Shown piece by piece: positions 39,155 to 51,900 of a stretch of 64,000 bases of DNA (positions are counted from its first letter, which is position 1; the number at the start of each line of letters is the position of its first letter). Made by a program: the position numbers and the translations under genes. The stretch spans positions 1,798,001 through 1,862,000 of the forward strand of contig JAYWIR010000034.1 in NCBI GenBank assembly GCA_036172245.1, read 5' to 3'. Below the pieces are notes generated by a model. It was given only the letters and a program-made list of their open reading frames with translations, was not told the DNA's origin and did not search any database. Source of the stretch: Raillietiella orientalis. Lineage: Eukaryota.

Positions 39155-40284
39155 CGCGGCGAAAGGAAGAAGGGGGAGGGGAAGGATGCTTAGCGCACGA
39201 GACTCCCTGCTGCTGTTCCTGGGAGCCCTGACCTCGTGACCTTGGATTTTCCTCGGAACGCTTTCCCCTCAGTCATTTTCCACACGTCCAACTATCCAAA
39301 TTTTGCAGATTCTGAGCAAATTTCCGGTAACTACGGTAACGAGAGTTGGAGCGAAAGGAGGAGGAAGCGTGGAGGACGCCTCCGCCTGAGGAGGGCAGTC
39401 CTCCTCGTCTCCAAGAAGTCCCAAGAACCCCTGAAGCGGATCCCGCGCTCTAAAGGAGCGTCCAGGAACAGGACGCGCCTTCCTCCCCCTCTCCCTCTCT
39501 CTCCAGATAGCGGAGAGTCCTGGAAGGAGAGGAAGGTGAAGGTGCGCCTCCGCGATCTTTTCACCCCTCTCATCGCCGCAAGTTCCCGAATCAGCCGCGG
39601 TGGGCATCCTCTGCCTCCACACCCTTCTGTGGCGCCGGCGTCACGACCCACCGGAATCGCCGTCGGTCGGACTGATGTGGGAGGCTGGTAAGATGGGAAC
39701 TCCTCTCTTCCCCACTCCTGCTGCTTGTCGTAGGCTGTCCTTCCCTAGCAACGCGAGCGCAAAGGACGCGGGTGACCCGAAAAGCCGTACCCCGACCTGT
39801 TCCCCGGAGAGCGCCGCGAATAAGCGAGACCAGCGGCAGAGACCACGATGGTCGCGACCGCCCTAACCTGAGAGACCGCTTCGCCCCCGGCGCGTAAGGA
39901 AGGGCCTTGGCGCAGCGAGCGCCAAGCTGCTGGAGTCAGGGAGTCGATCGTCTCTTCGGGAAAGGGGGGAGAAGGAGAAGGGAGAAGAGAAGGCGGAGGT
40001 CAACGGAGGTAAAGTGACATCGGGGAAGAGGAGGGAGGCAAACTTCTTGGCCCCTCGAAGCTGCGAGGGCAGAGACGAGGAACAGCTCGTGGGTGCCCCG
40101 ACGGAGCCAGAAGACCCAAGGTGCGCCTCCTAGGGAGGGCGAAAAAACGCACCGGACCAGCTCAGGAAGAACAGGTGAAGATGGAATCTTTTCCCGTGGG
40201 GTCCTTGACCAGCCCCCTCGGCACTCCCGTGCTATATGGCTCTTCGCCTGCTGCTGCGCGGACCGAGGGAGCCACGGACGCCGC

Positions 40285-40533
40285 AGGCGTGTCGCAGCGA
40301 TCCCGCTCGCAACTTGCCCTTGAGCGCAGAGGAGGCATAGACACGATGAGCGTTGCAACGGGCGGGGTCGGACGGGCTCAAGTGTGGAGCGAGGTAGGAG
40401 GAAAAGACAGAGGGCTTGCCGAAGAGAGTTTGGTCAGAAACTCGCCCTCGGGCACCGTCAGGGTGAGCACCTGCGGCACATCCTTTGCCTCGACGCCGGC
40501 GGACTCCATCACCAAGGAGACGCTAACCTTGCC
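40285..40533 (-). pseudogene. Decayed tandem duplicate of the 5' part of the ankyrin-RING gene
   Basis: 40439-40533 aligns ungapped with 39003-39097 at 75/95 nt (GKVSVSLVMESAGVEAKDVPQVLTLTVPEGEFL vs GKVSVSLGKTPASGEAKDASEVLILTVPKGEFL). It continues as SPLSF..TSLHT-stop (gene: FPFSF..TSLHL), then a frameshifted IAATR (gene: LAATR). Confidence 0.75.
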
Positions 40534-42809
40534 AGGTCGCCGCTTCCTGCTGATGGGCTGCAACCGGGTGCTCGCGAGCTGTGACTGCATTGAAATCATC
40601 CCGCCTTCGGCGTTGACTGCCCCTCCTAGGTTGGTAGCGCGTGAGGAGAGGGACAAGGTCTTCCACGTCTGAGGCAACAGCACCCTACAAGCGGCAGTAG
40701 CGCCAGCGCAACCTGCGTGACGAGTCCCAAACCCATGGTCGAAGTCACTTGAATGCGCAGCTGGAAAAAGAGGATTCCTCGAGCAGTTGCGCTACAGGCG
40801 GGAAGGAGAAACGAAACCGGAAGTGATGGTGAGGTCAGCAACAACCACGAGGGCAACAGAGGAACAGCAAGGACGAGAAAGGAGGCTGCTTGAAACGAGC
40901 GCCTCAGAAGGCAGCAACAAAGACGTCGGAAGCGACCGTCGCCCTCACTGGGCTGTTGCTGTGGGCGACGCAACCCAGAATGAACAGGGATGTCGCGTGG
41001 AGACGAAGACCTCAGCGCAGAGCATGAAGCGGGTCGCAATTCCCTGGTGATCGCCGAGATGCGGAGGGCCGGCAGCAAGGCGGCTGCACCCCGAGTGCTT
41101 TCTGCACCTCGGGCGAAGCGGCGGAGGGCGTTGCCGCATTCGTCCCCGGCCCGCCGTTCCCACTACTGCTGCTGCCGCCGAGTGAACCTTTCAGCTGCGG
41201 AGGCAAACTCGTTCTCGCCTGGGACCACCGTCGATCCCTAGCTGAGGAGCGCGCACAGAGATTGCTTTGCATGGAGAGGTCTTGCAGGGCTGCCAAGTCC
41301 GACCGCGTCCAGCATCGAGCTCGCACTCTTCTGCGTGCAGCCATTCGATGCCTTTGGGGATCTTTCCCTCCTGCGAAACGCCAGAAGTGACGTGAAACTG
41401 ACGCCGCTGCCTTTTACCCCGGAAAGTTATCCCAGGGATGACCCCCCTCGCCGGAGACCGTGCGAAGGGACAGACAGGGAGAAGCAGCAGTCTCTTCCTC
41501 TGCTTTTGTTTCTTTATTGCTTGCAGGGGTCTCCCTGCGCGTGGGGTGACGCGATCGACGAGCCGCGTTCTCCGAGGTCGTGGACGGAAGTTGGCCACGG
41601 TCGTCACGGCGACCGCGCTCCCAGGCTCTTCTTTGTTGGCGTGCTCGACTGCTACAGATGAAATCTCTTCCGTGGTGTTGCCGCCTTCCGTGCTGGCGCG
41701 CGCTTCGCCGCCACCTCTCCCCGACCGCGATGTTGGGACAGCGGGTCGCACCGGAGAGAGTTGGATCCTTATATTACCTAGAAGCCAGGTAAGTATTCCG
41801 GAAGTAGTTGGACGAAGGAGCAACTCTCTGGAGAGCATAAGGTCGCTCGCGAGGATGCCATCTTGGCGCCTCGGAGGACCACCTCTCGGATACAGAAAGA
41901 AATTCCTCCCTGCTCCCTCAGAGCTTCGGTGATTCTGGAAGGAGTGGGAGCACAGCCGCCCATGCATGGGGTCAATAGAGCTGAACGAGCCTCGACGATG
42001 GAGGAGGAATCCCCAGGGTCGGGGCACTGGCTGCTGGGAACCGAGGCTCCCAATCGTGCTCAGACTGAAGGAAAAGCGAAGCAGTGAGGGAGGGAGATAG
42101 GGGACATCGCCGACGCGTGACCTAGGAGGCTCGACACAAGAGAGACGCGGAGGAAATTGGCGACCCTGGCATGGCCAGCGGCCACAAAGTGTACTGTGTG
42201 CTCCCGTGTTGCCGCGGAGACAAGGCAGCCAGCATATCGCTCGGAGGTGGAGCTGCTCTACCGCCCGATGACCAAAGCGGACACCCGCGACTGAGCTCCA
42301 GCGATTTCCCGGGACAGCCTTGGCTATCCACAGAATCTTCCTGCGCCCTTCCCGAGGTGCGTGCTCCGCGCCCTCCCCCTCCCATTCAAGGGATTTCCCT
42401 CCCTCCCTGGAGGTCATCGTATCCACTTGGGTGTCACTCGACCAGGTGCGCGATGCCCGGTCAAGCGACCATCGTCTGCGCCCGGGTCAGGCGAGGCAGG
42501 AAACCCCACCGCGAGCGCCGCCGCTCGCAGGTGGTGGAGCTAGCAGGTCCGGGCCCGCTGCGCCTCCCCACGAGCGAGAGGAAGCGGGAGAGGACGTCCA
42601 CGGTCACCGCGCGGCCTCCAGGAAGCGTCCGAGGAGCAAACCACGCCCTTGTCCGTCCCTTCGATGGCGAAGGATGCGAGCAGCCCTCCTGCGAGTGACT
42701 CCCCCACCCGACCCCGGGAGACCTCGCCGTCCAAAGGGAGGCGCCTCGGGGAGGGAGGGAGGGAACGGCAGGGGCGGGCGCCGGGGCGTCCTTAAGAAAA
42801 CTGGGGAGG

Positions 42810-42815
42810 TTTATT
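42810..42815 (-). terminator. Polyadenylation signal AATAAA of the mmd-like gene
   Basis: tttatt on the plus strand, about 140 nt downstream of the TGA at 42955, in otherwise GC-rich DNA. Confidence 0.7.
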
Positions 42816-42954
42816 GAAAAGGGGGCAGCACAGGGCGGGCTGGGGCGGGCAGTCGCCTGGAAATGGTAGGGTGGTCGCGGGGGGGGGGGAAGGCGTTCGT
42901 CCTGCGGTCCGCAACGGGCCGCGGAAGGAGGGAGAGAGGGCGCAGGAGGAGGAG

Positions 42955-45900
42955 TCACTCGGAGAAGTTCGCCTCGGGGGCCGCCACCACGCGGCCGAGG
43001 TCCCTGGAGCTGCGCGACTCCCCGCTGGTGGAGAAGCAGCGGAAGGCGCCGCTGCCCCTGCCCGCGTAGGCGTCGTCCGACTGGGATAGCGAGGGCACGC
43101 AGCTGCCGCTGGAGTTGCGGTCGCTGCGCGCGGCGGACTGGGATGACGATGGGGAGCTGAACGCACGCTCGTAGGAGTAGGGCCGGCCCAGTCCGGCCAG
43201 GGACGGCAGGCTGCTCTTGGAGGCGGCGGCGGCCGAGAACTCGCTGAAAGAGAAAGAGAGGAGAGGAGGAGGAACGGTGGGGAAGGAGGCCCCCCACTTC
43301 CCACTCCCCGGCCCACCCCGCCTGTCCCTTCCTCTCCCCGCGACCGGCGCGCGGGGCGGCGGCCGCACCTGTCGAGGTCCAGCATCTCCCGGGAGTTCTC
43401 CCGGTCCCGGTAGACGATGTCGTCGATCCCGTTGATCCCCACGGACACCGGGGTGAAGAGGGGTATCAACGAGGAGCGGCTGCCTTCCGGGCTGGGTGCC
43501 CTCCCTCCCCCCGAGAGCGGCGTCTCCGCTCCCGGGAACTTCCCGCGGGAACTCGGGCAGGAGGGCTGCCGGTAGCGGCCGTAGGCGAACTCGTCCATCG
43601 GCGGCAGCCTGCAGAGGGCGCGCCCATGTCAGCAGAGGCGGGGCCGCGGGAGAGGCCTCCGGGGGGAAGGGAGAGCGGGAAGGGGAGAGGGGCCACGAAC
43701 CTGCTGCTGCCGGGGTCGCCGAGGGGCGGATAGGGGTAGCGCCCCGACGACTCCCCCGAGGCGGTCCTCATGTCCTCGGAGTCGCAGGGCGACGCGCGGC
43801 GCCCGGGGTCGCGCTCCAGCTGCCGGATAAGGTCCTCCAGATTGCGGATGCGGAGGGGGTGGCCCGGCTGCTGCTCCTCCTCCTCGCTGCAGTTGCTGCT
43901 GCCGCGGGGGGCGTCGCGTTTCTGAGTGAGATGCGCAGAAGGGAAGGGGGTGGAGGGAGGTCAGCAGGTCAGCACCGTCCCCCCCCCCCCGAAGAGCTTA
44001 CCTTCAGATAGTTCTGCGGGGCGTAGTCCGCGTAGGCGTGGTGCAGTTTTCTGGGGTCGTCCTCGTAGGCCGGGATGCTGGCCGGGCCGCGCGAGGGCGT
44101 CGGGTTCCGCAGCGCTTGGATGATGTCGTCGTGGTAGCTGGGAGCGCAGGGGCGGTGAGGAGGGCCGAGTGCTGCGGGGAAGCAGGGGACAGGGGGGAAG
44201 GGGGCGTCACCTGTTGATGCTCTTCACGGTCCTCTGGGCGTCCACGGAGTCCTCGCTGTCGAAGGCATCCAGGGGCCCACCGCTGCCCACGTTGGGAGGG
44301 CGCAGGTCCTCCTCCAGGTCAGCGGGCACCTGCGGCCAGCAGTGGTCCTTCATGTGCCCGGGAACCAGTCCGATAGGTAGGCTGGGCGCCATGAAGAGGG
44401 GTCGCGGCGGGCGGTCCGTATCTGCAGAGTGCGCTCGCGCGCTCGCAGGTGCGGAGGTCCCCGGCCCCCTCGCCCTACCGCGAAGGATCGGGTCGTTCCG
44501 GGATGACTCGAAGGTCTTCTGCCCGGGATAGGAGGAGGACAGGTCGTGCCTCTTCATCTGCCGTAGCTTCGGCTCCCTGGGGAGGGGACAGGAGGGGACG
44601 GGTGCTCCTGGAAATCGGGGGAGGGGGAAGGGAGGGCCGGTCCTGAAGGGGTGGAGCTGTCCCCCTCCGGGAGGAGGCCGGACGCCTTGGAAGCGCAGCC
44701 GCCTCCCCTCGGCCCTTCCCTCCTTCCGTCTCATCCCCGCTCCTACCTGCAGGCGGGAGGCTCCCGATTCCCGGAGACGTTGTCGTTCTCCTCCAGGGAG
44801 GCGTCGGACTTGGGCACGAGGCTCATCCTGGAGGATCGCGCCTTCTTCGTCAGGGACTTCTTCGGGAAGGAGGCGTCGCACTTAGGGAGGACCACCTTGC
44901 GCCTGGAGAGAGAGGCAAGAAGAGGGGAGGGGGGAGGAGGGAAGGCGAGCTCGTCCTCCTTTCTTCCTCCACGCTTCCCGGGGCATCTCCTGGGACGCCT
45001 CCCGCCGCCTGGGAGGAGCGTCCCTCAGAGGAATGAAATGAGGGCAGTGCTGAAGACCAGCAATCCCTCCCCTCCTCTACAAGAGGCACTCGGAGGGGGC
45101 GAGTGCGCCGGGGGGAGGGGACGGGGAGGAGGAGTCCAGGAGGGCGGCGCGGTCCATGCACTGACCTGTAGCACACCGCGATGAGGGCGAAGAAGACGAA
45201 AACGCCGGCCACGCCGCTGACCAGCACCAGGACTAGGGTGAGTGTGCGGAAGAAGTCCGGCTCTGTGACTGGAAGGAGGCGCGCAGGGTCGCCGTGAGGT
45301 CAGCAGCAGAGGCGGCGGCGGAGGGGCGAACCGGAAGGAGAGGAGGAAGTAGCGGAGGGAGGCGTACTTCTGCGCCTGCCCCCCTTGAGCGCGCGCAGAA
45401 AGGCGCGCCCGGCTGTCCGTGAACCCCCCGCAGACGCCTCCTCCGCCTCCCGCCCGCCCCGGCGCCTTCCGGGAGGGAGACGGGACCGCCGCTCTCACCG
45501 AAGATGGTGGTGGTGTTCTTGGACCAGTTGCCGCTCGCCGGACCGGTGCGGTTGCGCACGTGGAAGCCGCCGCCCGGGGCCACCCTCCAGTCCCCTTCCA
45601 GGGACGCGTTGGTCTGGTGGGAGCAGTCTTCCTTGAACCAGCCGGGGTCGCAGTAGCAGCTGTCGAGGCTGGTGCAGATCTGCGGGGGAGAGACGGGACA
45701 GGAGAACGGGCGGCTGGGCGGGAGAGGGGGGAAGGAGCAGCAGCAGCAGCAGGGGCGGCGGCGCGCGCTCACCCCATGGCCGGAACACTCCAGGGCGACG
45801 TTGTTGCTGGGGCACTTGCCGTAGTTGATGTAGGGGTAGATGCTGGTGCACGTCTGGTTCATGCAGATCTTGGAGAGAGACAGGAAACCACACTCGAACC

Positions 45901-48900
45901 GCCGCCTGGGGCAGCGGCGGAGGGCCGCTGTCGCCGGGACCACCCGCGCCCCCGGGGGCGGGACAAGGAGGACAAGGAGGAAGAAGCGGAAATATCGACT
46001 GGGTCTCCCCGCCCACCTCAAAGAGGTGAGGAGGGTCAGGAACGAAGGGACCCGGCAGTAGCGGGTGAACCACGCGAAGAAGGGGTCAGCAAGAGGGAAG
46101 GGGGGGAGCGGGAGCAGAGGGGTGGGAAGCACCTCCGTCCCGCTCTCCTGACCCCGGTCTCCGGTCCATCGCTCCTTCCCCGGAGGGATCGTCAGGAAGG
46201 GGCAACGGGCCACCGTCCCTCGGCTGGAGAGCAGCAGCGAGAGGCTCACGGGGCGCGGTAGGTTTGAGGGAGGGGGAGGGGAGACCCCGCGTAGGGCGAG
46301 CGGCGGGCAGGCGGCGACGCTAGGAGAGCCCAAACTCACCGAATCCGTGTTGCAGGTGGTGCCATCTGCGACCAGGCCGGCCTCGCTGTTGATGAGCACC
46401 CTGTGGGTGGAGGGGAGAAGGGAAAAAAGTGGTCTCAGAGGGAGGGGGGGGGCTACTTGCTTGCATTCGAATTCCCGGCCGCCGACCGAGAAAGTGATGG
46501 TGGAGAACGCCTCGTCCTTCTTGCCTCCGACGACGCTCCGGGACCCCATCTGACACTGCAGTGCGCCGCACATGACGTTCCTGGAGGGGAGAGACGATGA
46601 GCGCTCCTGGGAAGGAGGGGAGCGAGCGAAAGCGCGGAAAGGGAGCTCCCCCCTACTCGATGGAGCACTTCCGGTAGTTGTTCCCACCGTCCTTTCCGCA
46701 GTGGCCGCTGCGGGAGCCCTCCTGGTTGTACATCTCGTAGCACTGCTTGTCAGCGGCGACCCCACCTGGACGGAGGATGGGGAGAGAGCTAGGGCGGGAG
46801 CAAGGGGCAGCACTTACTGTAACCCCATATCTGCTGACACTGCTGGTCCCTGGTCATGCAGGTGCCCTCGAAACAGTATGACCGGTTCTGGTTGCATCGG
46901 TAGCCGTTCCTCTTGTGGGCGTCCGGGGGGCAGCTTCCCCGGACGCCGTCACAGTGCTCCGGGAGGTCGCAGTCCGAGGTGGCCTCCCGACAGATTGCCC
47001 CATGGAGGCGCAGCCTGCAGTCCTCGCAGCACTTCCCCGAGGACAGGCACTCCGCCTCGGAACGGAGGCGGCAGGTGGCGGGGTCGCAGCAGGGGTCAGA
47101 GCATTTGCCCGAGGGCCCGCAGTCGCACACCTCCCCCTCGTCCACGATCCCGTTCCCGCAGTCGTCCAGCTCGCTGGGCTGGCTGGGGGGGTTGAACAGG
47201 CAGATGCCCCTTCCCAGCCGCAGCACGTCGTGGAACTCCTGGACGCTGCAGTCGGAGAACTTGTAGGGCTGCACTCCCTCGGCGCCGAGGATGCTGCGCA
47301 GCATCAGGCAGCCGTGCCAGTCCTGACAGCGGCAGTCTTCTCGGCCGTCGTCGTGGCCCATGCCCACGTTGTGGCCTATCATGTGCGCCATGGTGCTGGC
47401 AGTCAGGTGCGGCTCGTACACGTTCAGGTCCACGCTCAGCCCCACGGCCTTGTGGGTGCACATGGTGCCCGGGATCGCCATGCCAGACTCGCCTTCCTTG
47501 AAGAACTCCCCGCTGAAAGAGGAAGACGAGAAGAAGAAGAGGACGGTGGGGGTGGGGGGGAGGGTGGGGGGAAGACGCGGAGGTGTGCGCGATTCCCCTC
47601 TGCGGGTCGCGCAAATCGCCCCAGGAAGTGTGCAGTCTGGTAAACGCTCACTTGCGCCGTGTGGTCAGGGAAGAAGACAACAGGTAACTTGAGCGCACAG
47701 TTCCTTCGTCGGACCTCTCGGTCGTGAAAGACAGCCACAGATGAAGAGGAGGACCAGGTTACCAGGGCGAGGGCGCGTCTGCCGAGCCGCAACCTTCCTC
47801 ATATACAGGGCGACCTTCCTGTCGCCGGAGCAGAGGTGACCATGACCCTTGTCGCCGGTGGCGATGCCGCAGAAGAGCGCAGACGGGGGACTGTCCTGCG
47901 CCGTCTCTCCGTTGGGGGTGCGCGCCCAACATCCGGCACAGGCTGGCATCGTCCTTGCCGGGGGAGCCATCCACCTCCCGGAACACGCAGGGCGGTGCGC
48001 GGGAGGGTGGCGAGCGGGCTCGGATAGACGGGGAGGGCGCGCGCGCGGCACTCACGTGAGCAGCTGCGTGGTATCCTTCTCCAGCTTGTAAAGCTTGCGC
48101 GCAGCATAGTCATTGAGGTTGAGGAGCGCTTTGTGGATGTCTGGCTCCACGGAGAACTGGTTGCTGGTGGCCCACGTCTCCACGTACACCACGGCCAGCC
48201 GCGTGTTGAGACTCTTGAAGTACTGCAAGAAGGGAGCGGGGTGCTTCGGCCAACGCGCCATGAGGAGGAGGAGGAGGAGGAGGAAAGGCGAAGCGACAAT
48301 CCTTCCTCCCCCCCCCCCCCATTCCTTCCCTCCCGAGCGCGACTCACCAGGTCCGCGATGTTGGCGATCTGCAGGGCGTCGTGCAAGAGATCCATGGGCT
48401 TCGTGGTGTTCCTCTTGCGAAACTGGAAGCAGAGACGGGGGGGGGGAGAGGAGCGAAGTGGCGGGCGCAGGCACCCTTCCCTCGCGAAGAGCAATCAGCC
48501 GGCGGGTCGGCGCCCCGGAAGGCTGGGGTGTGGGAGGCACCGCGTTCGGATGACGGAACCCCGGGGTCTAGCGGTCGGAGGTCGCCGACCGCTAGACCGC
48601 TAGACGAGACTGGAATCACGGCGCGCCCCCCCGTCCCCTGAGCCCAGGCTGCGCGGCTGGCCGCAGAGGGCCCTCGCTGCGGCCGTAGATGGCGAAGTGC
48701 TCCCTTGCTCGTTCGCCTGAAATCCCCCCTCCCCGACCCCGCCTATCGGGGGTACTCACCATGGCCCTATCCACGATGAGTGCAGTCTCGATGTACTTGG
48801 TCATATCACGAACGTCCCTGCGCGGTCTACCAGAGGCTGAAGATGACGCCTCCCGCAGCAGCCGCCTCCGGCGGCCGCCAGCAGCGTATCTGGGCTTGTG

Positions 48901-51900
48901 ATGGGCACCGGTCTTCTCCACGCCGCCAGCCCGCAGCCCCCACTCCACGTTGCCTGTGTTGGCGCACTCCTGCTTCTTGGCGGACCTCGCCTCAAATATG
49001 ACGTGGGGGTGCTTCCTCTGGGGAGGGAGCTGATGGGGAGGCGGCCGGCAACAGCGGCACTCACCGAGAGATCACCCCCGAAGAACGGGTGGATGACGAA
49101 GGTTTCGTTGCCGACGTGGATGACGCCACTGACGCCGTTGCACGTGCGGAACGCCGCCACGGCGCCGGGGTAGTCCTTGACCACGCCGTGGTAGTAGCAG
49201 TGCTCCACGTCCTGGGAAGGACCACGTGGGGGTGAGAGGCCAGTGATTCGCACTGCTGGCGGAGGGTCAGCTCGCCCGTCCGTCCGCTCTCAACTTCCAG
49301 GAATGCCCCGGGGGAAGGCAGGCAGTCCTGGTCACCCCGTCCCGTCCTCTCCCCCTCCCTTTCGGCACTGAGCTCGAGGGAGAGATTTGCATGAGGATAA
49401 TGACCGCGGAAAACGACGGGAAGCCAGCTCTGAGGAGGTCAAGGAGTCGCGCTCCCTGCCTCCATTCTCTTCGCCGCGGGCGAGCAACCCGGGCCATTCC
49501 GGAGGAGAGAAACTGGGGACAAGGAGCTGGTAGCCCACGGCTCGACCTCCTCGCCCTTCCCCAAGGGCGCCTAGGAGGGTGCTCGGGATCGCGCGCAACT
49601 TCCGCTGCCCGAGAAGAACGCGGTGGCCGACCCTTCTCGGGCAGCAGGGGAGGTCCCCACTCCAGCGCTCCCCCTCCGCTGTGGCCTCGGGGCGCGCCCA
49701 TCTCTCGGGGTGACCCGGAAGGAGTGGGGCAAGCAGGCAATCGGGCGCGTGCCCGACCCCCTCCCCTCCAAAAGGAGGGGACGGGCGCGACTCCTTCCTG
49801 GGTCCGCGGCGAGTCCAAATGGGGGAATGGGAGACCGGCGCTCACCTGCTTCAAGATCTGTCCGGAGCCACCAGTGAAGTGCTTCTGGACCAGGTTGGGC
49901 GCCAGCAGCTTCCTGGAAGACGCAGGGGATCGGCGAAAGAGCGCCGGACGGGGCTGGTGGTTGCAGGGCGGGAGGGGAAGAAGTGAGGGTGGGGTGGGGT
50001 GGGGGGTGAGGGGCGCCAGACCTACGTGTTGAGCTCCAGCTCCAGGCGGAAGCGGTAGGAGAACGCCTTGATGATGAGGGACGTCCTGTGGAAGTGCTTG
50101 CTGACCTGGAAGGAAGGGCGCAGCTCGCGGGCGTCTCTGCCCCGCCCGCCCCGCCAGGGAGGGAATACACACGGCTCCCCGACGAAGGGAAGCCGCGCAA
50201 GCCCGAAACCCCGAGCCGTCCAGAGGGCGCCCCTCCCCGCCGTCTCAGACTTCTTCCCCCGGGAGAACCAGGGGAAGTGAGCAGAGGGAAGTCCAGCGGA
50301 CCGGCGACCCTTGACCGAGCGGACCTCAGGGAAAGCGGGAATAACGCTTCCATGAGGTCGGCCGGACGCTGCAGAGAGTAGGTCTCTCCCTGCAGGGGAC
50401 TTGCTGGAGGCGTGTCGGGTCAGGACGGCCCGAGGCGCGTGCCGGAGGCCCTACTCCCCTCTCTCCTGCTTACCTTCTCGGCGTGGTACCCCCTGACAGC
50501 CTCATCCCTTTGCAGCTTGAAAGCAGAAAACGGCGGGCGACTCCCGGAAGGCTCGGGAGACGCGCCCCTCCCTTCCCCGCGCGTGGGCGGCGGGCGCCTA
50601 CCTTCCTGGCCTCCGGCTCGCGCGTGGAGGCGCCGGTTCTCTCGTGGTGACGCACCTGCACCGGATAGACGATCTGGTAGTAGGTGGCCACGTTCCTGAT
50701 GAGCTCCCTGTTCTCCCGGTGCTCCTTCATCAGCCGTTCGACCTCTGCTGGAAGGACCCCCTCAGGAAAGAGGCAGGCAGAAGCCCCTCCGCCGCCGCCT
50801 TCCCTCCCCCCTCCCCGGAGGGCCGTGGGGAAGGCAGCGGCTCCGCGATGCAGCAGAAACGGCCCTTCCATGGGGGAGGGGGGAGGGCGAAGCACCCCCA
50901 CTCACCTACGGGATTCTCCTCGCTCCAGAAGTCGCTGCCGCCATAGTCCCCATCTGGAAAAGAGGGGAGCAGGTCACGGGACTTCCTGGAGGCGGCAGGG
51001 ATGCGGAGAAGCCGCCGAGGGGAAGGTCTCGCGGCCCCCACAGTGCGACCTTCCTCCTCGGCAGGCCGAGAGAAAGGAACGAGGAGGGACGCCAGTCCCG
51101 GCCCTCGGCGCAGTCCGCCCCCAGGTACGTGTGGGAAGCCTCCAAAAGAGAGGAAGCGCGCCGGAGCCCTCGGGATCTGCAGTGGAAGGCAGCGGCCGGC
51201 CTCTGGGGGCTTCTCTCGCAACGGGCCCTTCGCAGACGCTCGCACGGACTCCAGCACTTCCCCGCCGTCCCCACTTTGGAACCCTTCGGGAGGCTCGAAG
51301 GCGCGCGACCCGCCCCGCGGAGGCCTTCAGGGCGGTGGCCCCTCCCGAGAGAGGCCACATCCGACCCTGCTTCCCGTCTCTCCCAGCCCAAGAGGGGTTG
51401 CATTCGCGCGGCGTCCCCCCTGCCGCCCGCCTCCCGTTACCGAACCTCTCCCTGCGTCTGGCTTTCTGGATCCCCCTCTTCCCACGCCGCATCCGAGACC
51501 CTTCTTTCCCTTACAGCCGGGCGGGGCAAGAAGTAGGGCCATGGCACGCGCAGCCCTCGCGCCCTCCGGCCATCGGAAGTGCAGCAGAAGAAGGCGGGGG
51601 CGGGGCGAAAGGCGGACAGCGGCAGCGGCCGTCCTCGGGTGCTCCCTCTCCCGGAACCTTGGCCACGGTTCCTTCCCGCAGGTCCCACTTTCTTCCAACC
51701 GGCCCTGAGGCCTCTCCCGGAGCTGTGCCACGAGGGTCCGAAGCGACAGGAGGGAGAGGGACTCCCGCCGCTCCCGTTTTCTCCCCGAGTCACCGAGACG
51801 GCAGGTGACGCGCGGACATCTTCGGGAACCCCCCGACCCCAGTCGACCCGGACGACTAGGCGACTGCCGGACGTCCACGCTGGCGGACGCACCTGTGCAG

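Noticed and set aside
45233..46813. 526-aa ORF as an independent gene
   Set aside because: It is mmd exons read through in-frame, stop-free introns.
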